Positions 27,419 through 37,200 of a stretch of 64,000 bases of DNA are shown here, one piece after another. The notes beneath the pieces are model-generated. The model was not told the origin of the DNA and did no database searches. It was given only the letters and a program-made list of their open reading frames with translations. The DNA lies in the NCBI GenBank assembly GCA_900550565.1, contig URSG01000002.1:5123-69122 (forward strand), given 5' to 3'. Source of the DNA: an uncultured Rickettsiales bacterium. GTDB taxonomy: Bacteria; Pseudomonadota; Alphaproteobacteria; Rs-D84. A program made the position numbers and the translations under genes. How positions within the stretch are numbered: position 1 is the first letter of the stretch; every line of letters starts with the position of its first letter.

Positions 27419-28429
27419 ATGGTTAAACAAAATATTGAAATTCAAAACGCACGGCAAACTGTTGATTTATTAAAATTGTATTCCGCCGCAAAAAAACAAG
27501 ACGAACAAGACGCCTTGTTGGAACAAATTCATTTCGTAAATTATTGGGCCTATGTATTACTGACAAAATACGATTATGATGCGGTTGATTTGGCAGACAA
27601 AATAAACCAGGCCATCAAACTGGACGCGTTTCGTCCAAAAAATATGTCTGTGGTTCAAATGGCAATCAGTCATGACCTGGAATATATCAATGGCGATTTT
27701 AATACGTTTGACCAGAAATTAAGCCAGATGGAAAAAACCAACCAGGCCCCTGAAAAAATCCGCGATCGTTTAAAATGTGGGATTGGCAATATACGTATTC
27801 TGGCAGAACAGTTTTCTGTGGATTGGATTCAGCGGTTAAAAAAACACCCAAAATTAGTTAACGCCGCCCGTAATGCGAACAAAGATACCGCCGTGGGCGC
27901 ATATAATAAACTGTTCGCCGCACTGACCCAAGATTTTTGCCAAGAATATAATTGCCTTATAGAATCCCAGGTCGTGACCACCTGGACCGCCCCCGATGGC
28001 ACACCTGATACAAAATCTAAACGCCACGGATGCCACCAAGAGGCATACAGTTTAAGTTTATCTGACAACCTGTCAAAAACAGAACGCGATAAAATCATTG
28101 CGGATTTCAGTAAAAATCCCACAAAAACACCGGGGGCGCGACGCAAATCGTTTATTAAAATAAATATTACCAAGGCCCACCAGGACATTCCAGATTCAAC
28201 AGATTTCTTTTATCACATGATAAGTTTATTTGCACACGAAATGCATCACGCATTGGATTACCAAAATCCACGCGCAGGCGCACTGGGGCCACAAATAAAT
28301 AACATTGACAAAAAACATTATAAAAGTTCATCACAAGATACAAAGGCGTATTATGAATCGGCCACAGAAATCAGTTCGTATGAAATACAACGCCAATTAT
28401 TCAATCAATTAAAAAACACGCGTTTTTAA
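27419..28429 (+). CDS. Hypothetical protein with a C-terminal HExxH zinc-metallopeptidase-like motif (low GC)
   Basis: FAHEMHHALDYQNP; no signal peptide; AT-rich codons. Start taken at the ATG after the promoter; the track's GTG at 27401 would precede the transcription start. Confidence 0.6.
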   Translation: MVKQNIEIQNARQTVDLLKLYSAAKKQDEQDALLEQIHFVNYWAYVLLTKYDYDAVDLADKINQAIKLDAFRPKNMSVVQMAISHDLEYINGDFNTFDQKLSQMEKTNQAPEKIRDRLKCGIGNIRILAEQFSVDWIQRLKKHPKLVNAARNANKDTAVGAYNKLFAALTQDFCQEYNCLIESQVVTTWTAPDGTPDTKSKRHGCHQEAYSLSLSDNLSKTERDKIIADFSKNPTKTPGARRKSFIKINITKAHQDIPDSTDFFYHMISLFAHEMHHALDYQNPRAGALGPQINNIDKKHYKSSSQDTKAYYESATEISSYEIQRQLFNQLKNTRF

Positions 28430-28470
28430 CGCGCAACAAATATGAATATTTCAGTGGATTTTATAATAAA

Positions 28471-28495
28471 CATCGGGGGCAAAATACCCCCGATG
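28471..28495 (-). terminator. Terminator of the small minus-strand gene
   Basis: CATCGGGGG-CAAAATA-CCCCCGATG with a U-rich tract on the - strand RNA. Confidence 0.6.
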
Positions 28496-28523
28496 CAAAA
28501 TTGATGTTTAATATGGCACAAAA

Positions 28524-28682
28524 TTATTTCACACTTTGCGGACCATTATGTAAATTTACACCGCGCGCCATAAATTCGGCCGCCAAATTCACCGCCGCAA
28601 TACCTTTCTTGTAGCCTGCCCCATTCGCCTTGTTTGCAACGGCGTTTGACGCAATACTAAACTTACTCACATTATCAGTCAT
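28524..28682 (-). CDS. 52-aa Ala/Asn/Gly-rich small protein (hypothetical) in a self-contained promoter-ORF-terminator unit
   Basis: MTDNVSKFSIASNAVANKANGAGYKKGIAAVNLAAEFMARGVNLHNGPQSVK; AGAGG Shine-Dalgarno. Below the track size cut-off. Confidence 0.4.
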   Translation of the reverse strand: MTDNVSKFSIASNAVANKANGAGYKKGIAAVNLAAEFMARGVNLHNGPQSVK

Positions 28683-28724
28683 ATTCAATGCCTCTTGTCA
28701 AAACATCTCTCTGACAGTGGTCAG

Positions 28725-28751
28725 ATTATACCAAAAAACCTTTTTTGTCAA
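28725..28751 (-). promoter_or_regulatory. Sigma70-type promoter TTGACA-N15-TATAAT driving the small gene
   Basis: Perfect hexamers on the - strand (plus coordinates 28751-28746 and 28730-28725). Confidence 0.55.
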
Positions 28752-28773
28752 GTATAATTGTCAACAATTTGAT

Positions 28774-30291
28774 TTATTGTTCACAACCATACATTCCACA
28801 CGGTTCATTTGCCGAATACTCTTCTACCATAATTGGCGCAGCCTTGGCCTGTTCGGTATAGTGTGTTTCTTTGACTACGCGCACGCGACGATTGGCCGCA
28901 TTTGCAACGCCATCAGCCGTCGGCACAGCCAAATCTTCTTCGCCGGACGATACCGCGACAATCTGGCTGGCCGGGATACCGTATTTAATCAGCATTTTTT
29001 GCACAGCCTCGGCACGACGACCACCCAACGCATAGTTATAATCCTTGCTGCCCATTGTGTCGGTATGTCCAACCACAGACACCTTGATATTCTTGTTTTC
29101 CTGGGTTGCATTGGCCAATTTTTTAATCAAGTCCTGGTATTCGGGTTTGATTGTCGCCTTGTCAAAGTCAAAGCGGATTTCAAACACTTCTTCCATTACG
29201 TGCTGTTTCGGTTCCAACGGAATCTGTTGCACCTTGATAATTGTTTTATCCCCAGACGCCGCCTGAATCTGGTCCAGGCGCGCATTTATCGCCGCCAATT
29301 CAGACCGCATTGCCATCATCATATTGATAAATTCCTGGCGCGAGACCAATTCATCGCCAACCATTGGGATTTCATCTTGGGCCGATTGGGCATTTTGGCA
29401 ATCTGCGTTTTCAGGATTTGCCGCACAGTCCGCCGACAACATCGCCATATTATTGCTGTCCGATATTGTTTTGTCGCCGCCATAGATATTCTGGTTAAAC
29501 ACCAACGGCTGGACCGGCACAGGATTTATCAAATTCTGGGGAACATTTACATTATTGACAATAATCACACCGTCACGCGCACGGCCAGTACCACTCATTG
29601 CGCGCATTGTGCGTGTTTCTGGGTAATAATCTGTTGGTTTATTGCTGGCATTTGTGACCGGACGACGTGATTGAACTGCGATCGTTTCAGTCGTTGTTGT
29701 CGTCATTGTGGACGTGCCAGTATTATTTACAATTTTACCGCCCTTGCAATCACGCAACGCCGTCATTGTTTTCAAATATCTGTCACGACATTCGCGCGCA
29801 GTGCCGTCTTGGCCACTGGCCGCGGCAGACAACCAGCAATCAAATTTCGCCTGGGCCTCAGCCGCCAGTTGCGGATTTGTTTCCGTGGCATCATTTTTTA
29901 ATTGTTCCATCAAATCATTATATGCCGTGGACAGTTCAAACGATGTCTGTTCGTCGTCAACCGGCCAATTTTCCAGTGATTCTGGGAACGGCACTTCGCC
30001 ACTGAATGCGGCGACCGCCTTTTGTGCGAACAGTTCGCCCATTTCCGAATATCCACTGGTACGGGCATTATAAATCGCATACGAACGATAGTTCATCGCC
30101 AACTGATTTAAAAACGAATCCTGGTGCGGTGCAGAATACACATCCAGTTGTTCCACATAGTCAACCGTTGGCGTATCAATCGGCGCATATTCGTTATTAT
30201 TACTGCCTGCGCAGGCCGCCAACATCGCGACAGACGCAACCGCAATTACACGTGATACAATCCAAGTTGCCACACAAGATTTATTTTTCAT
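28774..30291 (-). CDS. OmpA-family lipoprotein (large N-terminal domain plus C-terminal OmpA peptidoglycan-binding domain)
   Basis: Lipobox VAMLAAC; C-terminus VVGHTDTMGSKDYNYALGGRRAEAV. Start taken at MKNKS with an AAGGGA Shine-Dalgarno. Confidence 0.8.
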   Translation of the reverse strand: MKNKSCVATWIVSRVIAVASVAMLAACAGSNNNEYAPIDTPTVDYVEQLDVYSAPHQDSFLNQLAMNYRSYAIYNARTSGYSEMGELFAQKAVAAFSGEVPFPESLENWPVDDEQTSFELSTAYNDLMEQLKNDATETNPQLAAEAQAKFDCWLSAAASGQDGTARECRDRYLKTMTALRDCKGGKIVNNTGTSTMTTTTTETIAVQSRRPVTNASNKPTDYYPETRTMRAMSGTGRARDGVIIVNNVNVPQNLINPVPVQPLVFNQNIYGGDKTISDSNNMAMLSADCAANPENADCQNAQSAQDEIPMVGDELVSRQEFINMMMAMRSELAAINARLDQIQAASGDKTIIKVQQIPLEPKQHVMEEVFEIRFDFDKATIKPEYQDLIKKLANATQENKNIKVSVVGHTDTMGSKDYNYALGGRRAEAVQKMLIKYGIPASQIVAVSSGEEDLAVPTADGVANAANRRVRVVKETHYTEQAKAAPIMVEEYSANEPCGMYGCEQ

Positions 30292-30374
30292 CAGAAATCC
30301 CTTCTCTATAATCCCCTGTATTATACGATTTTTTGTTATATGAGTAAAGCAAAAAAAGTGCGATACGCATCGCA

Positions 30375-31178
30375 CTATTTATTTGAAAACTGTTGAACAA
30401 TCGCACCCAACGAAGACAAACCACCAATACCGCCACCACTGGTCACACCGCTGACCGATTGCATAATCGCGTCGGTATTCGTGGACTGGCCCATATTGCC
30501 AACTGTGCTTATCAAGAAATCGCCCCACATCGCGCGCTTTTTCGCACTCAGTTTTGCATAACTGCAATTTTCCATTCTGGACAATAATTTCGCGGCCATC
30601 GTTGCCTCGGTCTTGGTATAGTCCGCCGCAGAAAAATCAATCAAATTAAATATTTCATAAATATCCGAAACATCTACTGGATTTTTACACGACAAAGACC
30701 CATCAGAACAATACGTTGCCGTGCTGGCCATCGGGAACCCTTCCCAGACCATATCCGCGTTGCCGTCACCAGAAAAATAGTCATAGCATATATCCGCCGC
30801 ATCGGTTCCGGCCGCAATACGCACCGCCTGGGCATAACCGCCACGCGCGATTGAACACGGACGTCGGTTCAGGCGTTTTTGCGCATCTTCTGCGGTCATT
30901 TCGCCAACCTTAGCCCACTCTTTCATTGTATTGTTCACAAATGTAATTTCCTGCGATGATGGGACACATTCCGCACTCAGTGCCTTTTGCTTTGCACTCA
31001 GTTGTTGCACGCTGCTGACCAAATTCAAAACCGTCCCGGCCAAACTGGCCGTTGTCGCAGGCGTAGATGACGACTGCTGGGTCACGGGCGCAGCCTTTTT
31101 AACAGTCACCGCCGCAAACGCATCAGATACGCTTGCAATCAATGTCATACACAGAAAAAGCCGTAAAAATTTTTTCAT
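30375..31178 (-). CDS. Secreted hypothetical protein (signal peptide); stop overlaps the OmpA-lipoprotein gene
   Basis: MKKFLRLFLCMTLIASVSDAFA signal peptide; several Cys residues. Confidence 0.6.
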   Translation of the reverse strand: MKKFLRLFLCMTLIASVSDAFAAVTVKKAAPVTQQSSSTPATTASLAGTVLNLVSSVQQLSAKQKALSAECVPSSQEITFVNNTMKEWAKVGEMTAEDAQKRLNRRPCSIARGGYAQAVRIAAGTDAADICYDYFSGDGNADMVWEGFPMASTATYCSDGSLSCKNPVDVSDIYEIFNLIDFSAADYTKTEATMAAKLLSRMENCSYAKLSAKKRAMWGDFLISTVGNMGQSTNTDAIMQSVSGVTSGGGIGGLSSLGAIVQQFSNK

Positions 31179-31229
31179 CTCTCTTGGGTGCTATTATAAC
31201 ATAAAAAAAAGACCGAATAAATATAAAAA

Positions 31230-31745
31230 TTGCTTTTTGTTGTTTGGCGCGTTAAACTAGTCCATGTGCAAGGTGACAAACGTAATTTTATTATCTTTAC
31301 AAAGCACAGACGCTTAAAGCGACTGTGGCAGTTTTTCTTTACCGGCTGGGGGCTGGTAATGGTGGCGGCGTTGGTCGCCGGGTCCTTGTTCACCAAGCAA
31401 TTATTGTGGACGCCAATTTCGGCGGTAAATATGACCGACATCGTCAGCAATCAGTTCAAGATGTCTGGCGCATCATTTGCCGGCACCGATACAAACGGCG
31501 AACCGTTCAAACTGCGCGCGGCGTCTGGCCGTCAAGAATACGGCAAACCTGATATAATATTTCTGGAAAACGTATCGGGGACGGTTGTCCGCCGAACAGA
31601 TGGCAAACGCATAACTGATGAAATCCGCGCCAGTCGCGGTCAATATAATCGTCGCAATAAAACCGTCACTTTGCGTGGCAATGTCCGCATTGATTCCAGT
31701 AATGGCGACAAAATACTAACTGACGAATTGGTGGTAAAATTATGA
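31230..31745 (+). CDS. LptC/LptA-family (OstA-like) LPS-transport protein; start uncertain
   Basis: N-terminal TM then a beta-jellyroll-like ...LRGNVRIDSSNGDKILTDELVV; immediately upstream of and overlapping lptB. Confidence 0.55.
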   Translation: MLFVVWRVKLVHVQGDKRNFIIFTKHRRLKRLWQFFFTGWGLVMVAALVAGSLFTKQLLWTPISAVNMTDIVSNQFKMSGASFAGTDTNGEPFKLRAASGRQEYGKPDIIFLENVSGTVVRRTDGKRITDEIRASRGQYNRRNKTVTLRGNVRIDSSNGDKILTDELVVKL

Positions 31746-32470
31746 AGCAATCCGTATTACGCATTGAACACTTGTCCAAATCGTATGGCAAACGTATGGT
31801 TATCCGTGATATTTCTATGATCGCACGCCAGGGCGAATCGGTTGGCCTGTTGGGGCCAAACGGTGCCGGAAAAACAACGGCTTTTTATTGCATAACGGGC
31901 CAGTTGGCGGCTACCGGGGGCCAAATATTCCTGAATTCCCAGGATATAACCCACCTGCCGTTTTATCAGCGCGCCCGGCTGCATATTGGATACCTGCCCC
32001 AGGAAAACAGCGTTTTCCGTGGCCTGACAGTGGAACAAAACATTATGGCAATTTTGGAAGTGGTTGAACCCAGTCGCAAAAAACGCAACATAAAACTGGA
32101 CGCATTACTAGATGAATTTTCCATATCGTCATTACGGCGCAGTCCGGCAACTGCACTGTCGGGTGGTGAACGTCGTCGTGTTGAAATTGCACGTGCGTTG
32201 GCGAACGACCCAAAATTCATATTGCTGGACGAACCATTTGCTGGTATTGACCCGATTGCCGTGAACGAAATCCGCAGTCTGGTGTCACAGTTAAAGAATC
32301 GTGGTCTGGGCGTGATTATCACCGACCATAACGTGCGCGAAACACTGGGCATCACAGACCACAGTTATGTATTGCACGACGGTATGATTTTAAAACACGG
32401 CACCACCAGTGAAATTATCAAAGACGAACGTGTAAAAAAGGTCTATCTGGGCGAAGATTTTACAATGTAG
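31742..32470 (+). CDS. lptB: LPS export ABC transporter ATP-binding protein LptB
   Basis: GPNGAGKTT Walker A, LSGGERRRVEIARAL, LLDEPFAGID. Confidence 0.9.
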   Translation: MKQSVLRIEHLSKSYGKRMVIRDISMIARQGESVGLLGPNGAGKTTAFYCITGQLAATGGQIFLNSQDITHLPFYQRARLHIGYLPQENSVFRGLTVEQNIMAILEVVEPSRKKRNIKLDALLDEFSISSLRRSPATALSGGERRRVEIARALANDPKFILLDEPFAGIDPIAVNEIRSLVSQLKNRGLGVIITDHNVRETLGITDHSYVLHDGMILKHGTTSEIIKDERVKKVYLGEDFTM

Positions 32471-32487
32471 AACGCAACCCTGAAAAA

Positions 32488-32508
32488 AACGCCCCAAACG
32501 GGGCGTTT
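32488..32508. terminator. Bidirectional terminator (AACGCCCC-AAAC-GGGGCGTT)
   Basis: AAAC tetraloop family with A- and T-runs on either side. Confidence 0.7.
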
Positions 32509-33098
32509 TATTCAGAATCGTCATCGTCAATATCGTCATCATCAACGCCGGCGGCATTTAAATCAATTTCTTTGGGAATACCTAAAATATCTTCTATTTT
32601 TTCAGACGCGGCGTCCAAATCAATTTTGTGCAAAACAGCAAATTCCTGGGCCATACGTTCCAGCGCACGCAAATACAACTGGCGCGCAGAAAACGTCATC
32701 GTATCCGCCGCCGTGCGACGTTGCAGGTCACGAACAACCTCGGCCAATTTCATTGGGTCGCCCGAATTGATGTTTTCTTCGTATTGTGCAGCACGACGCG
32801 CCCAAATCATACGCTTTGCCCCGGCTTTGCCCTTGGCAGACGCGATTGCCTCGTCCATCTTTTTGGGTGTGGTCAATGGGCGCAGTCCTGAAATTTCGGC
32901 CCGTTCAACCGGCACGCGCAGTGTCATGTGATTACGTTCAAAATCAATGACCAGCATTTTAATTTTTTGGTCGCCGATAACCTGTTCTTCGGTTCGGACC
33001 AGTTTTCCAACGCCCTGGGTTGGATACACAACATACTGACCTGTTTTAAAATCTAATTTCTTGCTTGGCATAATAGCTTTACCTTTTGCGGTTGCCAT
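32508..33098 (-). CDS. CarD/CdnL-family RNA-polymerase-binding transcription factor with a poly-Asp tail
   Basis: FKTGQYVVYPTQGVGKL (CarD N-terminal Tudor-like domain). A TGGTATAAT promoter at 33118-33126 (- strand) excludes the track's longer N-terminus. Alternative start at 33071. Confidence 0.65.
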   Translation of the reverse strand: MATAKGKAIMPSKKLDFKTGQYVVYPTQGVGKLVRTEEQVIGDQKIKMLVIDFERNHMTLRVPVERAEISGLRPLTTPKKMDEAIASAKGKAGAKRMIWARRAAQYEENINSGDPMKLAEVVRDLQRRTAADTMTFSARQLYLRALERMAQEFAVLHKIDLDAASEKIEDILGIPKEIDLNAAGVDDDDIDDDDSE

Positions 33099-33192
33099 TC
33101 TCTCTGGTTCAGGGGGTATTATACCACAAAAAATCCAGAAAAACAAATAATTGCCCATAAAAAAATCCCGTCCCATTTGGGACGGTGACATA

Positions 33193-33732
33193 TTATCGGT
33201 TTATACGACGCACCGCGCCTGTTCGGCGCACCGCCGATGCACGATTTATGGACGAACCGCCCTCGGCCTTGGCACATACCCATTTATGATTCTGTAATAT
33301 TGCCGTCAGCCCATCGGCACAGTCCGGTTTTTCCAGTTGCCACGCAAAACAGCCACCCTTTTGATATGATTTATACGTGCTGTTATCGCCACCACGGGTA
33401 TATGCGCCGTATTCAGGATTCCAATCGCCGGCTGGTTCCCCATTGCACCATTTACGCTGGCCAAAACATTCTATGCGATTGCCAGACGCGTCAACCAATT
33501 CCACTGGCGCACCGGTATCGGTGTATCCAGACGCCGCCGCGCGACCATTGCCCATTGCGCGCCCCGTTTCCAAGTCACGACACCATAACTTTTGACATTC
33601 GGCCGCCTTGATTCCGTCAACCTTGGCGTGTTCGGTCAATATATACCCCGGGCCACACGATGTAAACGTCCCAGAATGCGCACAGAACATAACTGCAACA
33701 CACATTATCACAGAACAAATTATTTTTCTCAT
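33193..33732 (-). CDS. Secreted Cys-rich hypothetical protein
   Basis: Signal peptide MRKIICSVIMCVAVMFCAHS; 14 or more Cys residues. Confidence 0.55.
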   Translation of the reverse strand: MRKIICSVIMCVAVMFCAHSGTFTSCGPGYILTEHAKVDGIKAAECQKLWCRDLETGRAMGNGRAAASGYTDTGAPVELVDASGNRIECFGQRKWCNGEPAGDWNPEYGAYTRGGDNSTYKSYQKGGCFAWQLEKPDCADGLTAILQNHKWVCAKAEGGSSINRASAVRRTGAVRRINR

Positions 33733-33794
33733 ACGCTTCTCTCTTGGCCTTTGCCACTATTTTACACAATTTACGGCGAAATTCCAAACGCTTT

Positions 33795-34223
33795 TTATTG
33801 TCCCAATCCAGCCGGTGTAAAACGCCCGATGTTGTTAAACAGTTCCTGGATAGCGTTCAGTTCAATCGCCGCCGGGATTTCTGTTTCGCCATCTGCGATA
33901 CGCACATCTGGCAAATCATCATCGTGTAAAACCTGGGTTCGGGTCACGCGATTGCCATTGACCCAGGCCAGCAAAACTGTGCGATTATCGTATGTCTTTT
34001 TCAATGGCCCACGATAATTTTCATCTGCGCCATAGTAAATCCACACAGTATCCCCGTGTATTGTTTTAACCTGGGGCGCACCGATTTGCTGTTCCAGTTG
34101 TTCTGTTGTTTTTATCTGGCCCAGACGCGTATCCAAATCCGCCGGGAAAACATATCCACGGTGTTTTGTTTGGAACGTACAACCTGCCAACACAATGGCA
34201 AAAATCGCGATTATTTTTTTCAT
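33795..34223 (-). CDS. bamE: Outer-membrane protein assembly factor BamE (SmpA/OmlA lipoprotein)
   Basis: MKKIIAIFAIVLAGC lipobox; BamE-like ...GDTVWIY core. Confidence 0.7.
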   Translation of the reverse strand: MKKIIAIFAIVLAGCTFQTKHRGYVFPADLDTRLGQIKTTEQLEQQIGAPQVKTIHGDTVWIYYGADENYRGPLKKTYDNRTVLLAWVNGNRVTRTQVLHDDDLPDVRIADGETEIPAAIELNAIQELFNNIGRFTPAGLGQ

Positions 34224-34227
34224 ATTT

Positions 34228-37200
34228 TTACCCCTCGCCATTTTCTTTGGTTTCGTTTGTCGCGTGCATCATTGCAAAATGCGCGATGTATTTTTTCAGT
34301 TCGCCCTTATAGCGATTGTTTTCCTTGGCAAATTCAACCAGTCTGTCAAAGTTTGGATTAACCGCGCGTGCGGCGCCAAAACGACTCTCGGTTTTCAAAA
34401 AGTCTTCCAATGGGGCCGGATTATCAATATTTGAATCCAGCGTCAAAGGATTACGCCCATCCATCACCATTGTCGGGTCAAAGCGATACAGTGGCCACGC
34501 GCCAGTCTGGACAACCTGGGTCTGGTGCTGGACACCGTTTTGCAGTGCGAACCCGTGCGCGATACACGGCGCATACGCCAATATGATTGATGGCCCCGGG
34601 AACGCCGCCGCTTCGCGGAACGCACGAATCGCTTGGACGGGATTTGCCCCCAACGCGATTTGCGCAACGTATGCCCCAGACATCATCGCAATCATACCCA
34701 AATCTTTTTTGGCGTGTTCTTTGCCACCAATGGCGAATTTCATACTGGCCCCGAACGGCGTAGATTTTGATTGTTGACCGCCGGTATTAGAATACCCTTC
34801 GGTATCCAGAACCAAAACGTTCACATTTTCGCCACTGTGCAAGATATGGTCCAACCCACCATATCCAATGTCATACGCCCAGCCGTCGCCACCGATAATC
34901 CAAACAGATTTATCAACGATTGCGTCAACCAAACTTTCCGCCAGACGCGCGCGCGGCTCGTCAATCGTCGCCAATTTTTTGCGCAACATTTTTGCGCTGG
35001 CGCGTTGGGCGTCTATGTCGTGCGTATCAAACATTGCATCAACATTTGGCACATTTAATTCAAACAACAAACTGCGCAACGTATCGCGTTTTTGATTCAA
35101 CGCCAACCGCATTCCCAGACCGTATTCTGCGTTATCTTCAAACAACGAATTAGACCACGCCGGCCCACGACCATCTGCATCACACGTCCACGGTGTTGTC
35201 GGCAAATTCGCCCCATAAATAGACGAGCACCCCGTTGCATTTGCAACCACCATGTGATCGCCAAACAGGTGCGCCAACATCTTGATATACGGTGTTTCAC
35301 CACAGCCTGCGCACGCGCCCGGGAATTCAAAATAATGCGGTAATAATTCTACGTGCTTTGGGATATTCAGGTTCAGTTTTTCGCGTGGAATATCTGGCAA
35401 TTTTACCGCCGCGTCAAACGCACGCTGATTTTCATCGGCAACATCACGAACGTCCTTCATTGCCAACGCCGCCACTGGACAGTTTTTCACGCACACCCCA
35501 CATCCTGTGCAATCCGCCGGCGAAATTGCCAACGTATAATACATATCAGGCCCCAATTCTGGCGTTTTCATTGGCACAACAACCAGTCCCGATTCGCGTG
35601 CAGCCGCGACCTGGTCGGCGGTCAATGCACGGATACGAATTGCTGCGTGCGGACACAACATAGAACATTTTCCGCATTGGATACATTTTTCCAAATCGCA
35701 CGTTGCGACGCGTTGTGATATAGAACGTTTTTCATACTTTGACGTTCCGACCGGATATTGCCCTGCGCCAAATATGCCATCTGTGCGGAAACGCGACACA
35801 GGTATCGCATCGCCACGCTGGGCGGCCATTTCGCCCAATGTTCCGGCAATTTCAGCCGGCGCATCTGGGGTCATTGCCGGGATAAAGTCTGGCGCAAAAT
35901 TTGACACCGACGACGGCAATGTGAATTGATGCAGGTATTCTGCGGCACGGTCAACCGCGGTCCAGTTTGCCTGGACGACGTCCATACCTTTTTTCTTGTA
36001 TGTTTTTTCAATCGCCGTCTTGGCAGATGTGGCCGCAACCGCCGGGTCAATAATCTGGGTCAGATTAAAGAAATTCAGCATAATAAACGTGTTTATGCGG
36101 TTCCCCAGTCCCAGTTCATTTGCCGCCCCATTTGCGTCCAAGAAATACACATTTGCGCGCAATCTGATTAAATGTTCCTGGGTTTCCCGTGGCAGGTTTG
36201 CGAACGCCACATCTGGGGCCATTGACGTATTTATCATAACCGTTCCACCTGCGCGCAGGCCACGGAACACGTCAAACCGCTGGGCAATCATAAAGTTTGA
36301 AACACTGATAAAATCGGCGACTTCTATTAAATACTGGCTTTTAATCGGTGCATCAGAAAATCTGATATGCGACGCGGTAAGCCCACCTGATTTTTTAGAA
36401 TCATAGACCGCGTATGATTGCGGATACAGGTCAGAATTTTCACCAACAATTTTAACGATATTTTTAACCGCCCCAACTGTGCCGTCCGAACCAATACCAT
36501 ACAATATTGCCGTCTTGAAATTTTCGGCCTGGACTGCGAACGCAGGGTCTGTCTTCAGCGACAGCCCCGACAAATCGTCATCAATCCCCACGGTAAAGTT
36601 ATGATGCAATGTATCGCGCATCAGGTTTTCATAGACCGCCTTGACATCGCGCGGTTTGAATTCTTTGGACCCCAACCCATAACGTCCACCATATACCGCC
36701 GCCGCGTCGCCTACGACTGTTTTAACATCTTGGTATAACGGTTCGCCGATTGCGCCGGGTTCCTTGGTTCGGTCCAGCACCGCGATACGTTTTACTGATT
36801 TCGGCAACGCCGCGCGCAACGCGTCCACCGGGAACGGCCGGAACAAGTGTACCTTGACCAGGCCCAATCCACGTGGCAAAAACGGCAGTGTTTCTTCAAT
36901 CGTTTCACAGGCACTGCCCATTGCGACGATAACATTTTCGGCATTTGGGTCGCCCACATAGTCAACCAAGTGATACGCCCGTCCTGTCAATTTGGCAAAT
37001 TCATCCATACATTCCTGAACAATTCCGGGCGTGGCCGCATACAGTGGGTTTGCCGCCTCGCGTCCTTGGAAATAAACGTCTGGGTTTTGTGCCGTTCCGC
37101 GAATCGTCGGGTGTTCAGGCGACATACCGCGGTCACGATTTGCACGCACCAGTTCATCAGGAATCATTTTACGCAACACGTCATCTTCTATTCTGACCAG

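Noticed and set aside
28630-29670. 346-aa plus-strand ORF
   Set aside because: Antisense to the OmpA-family lipoprotein gene; Arg/Phe/His-rich translation typical of an antisense frame.
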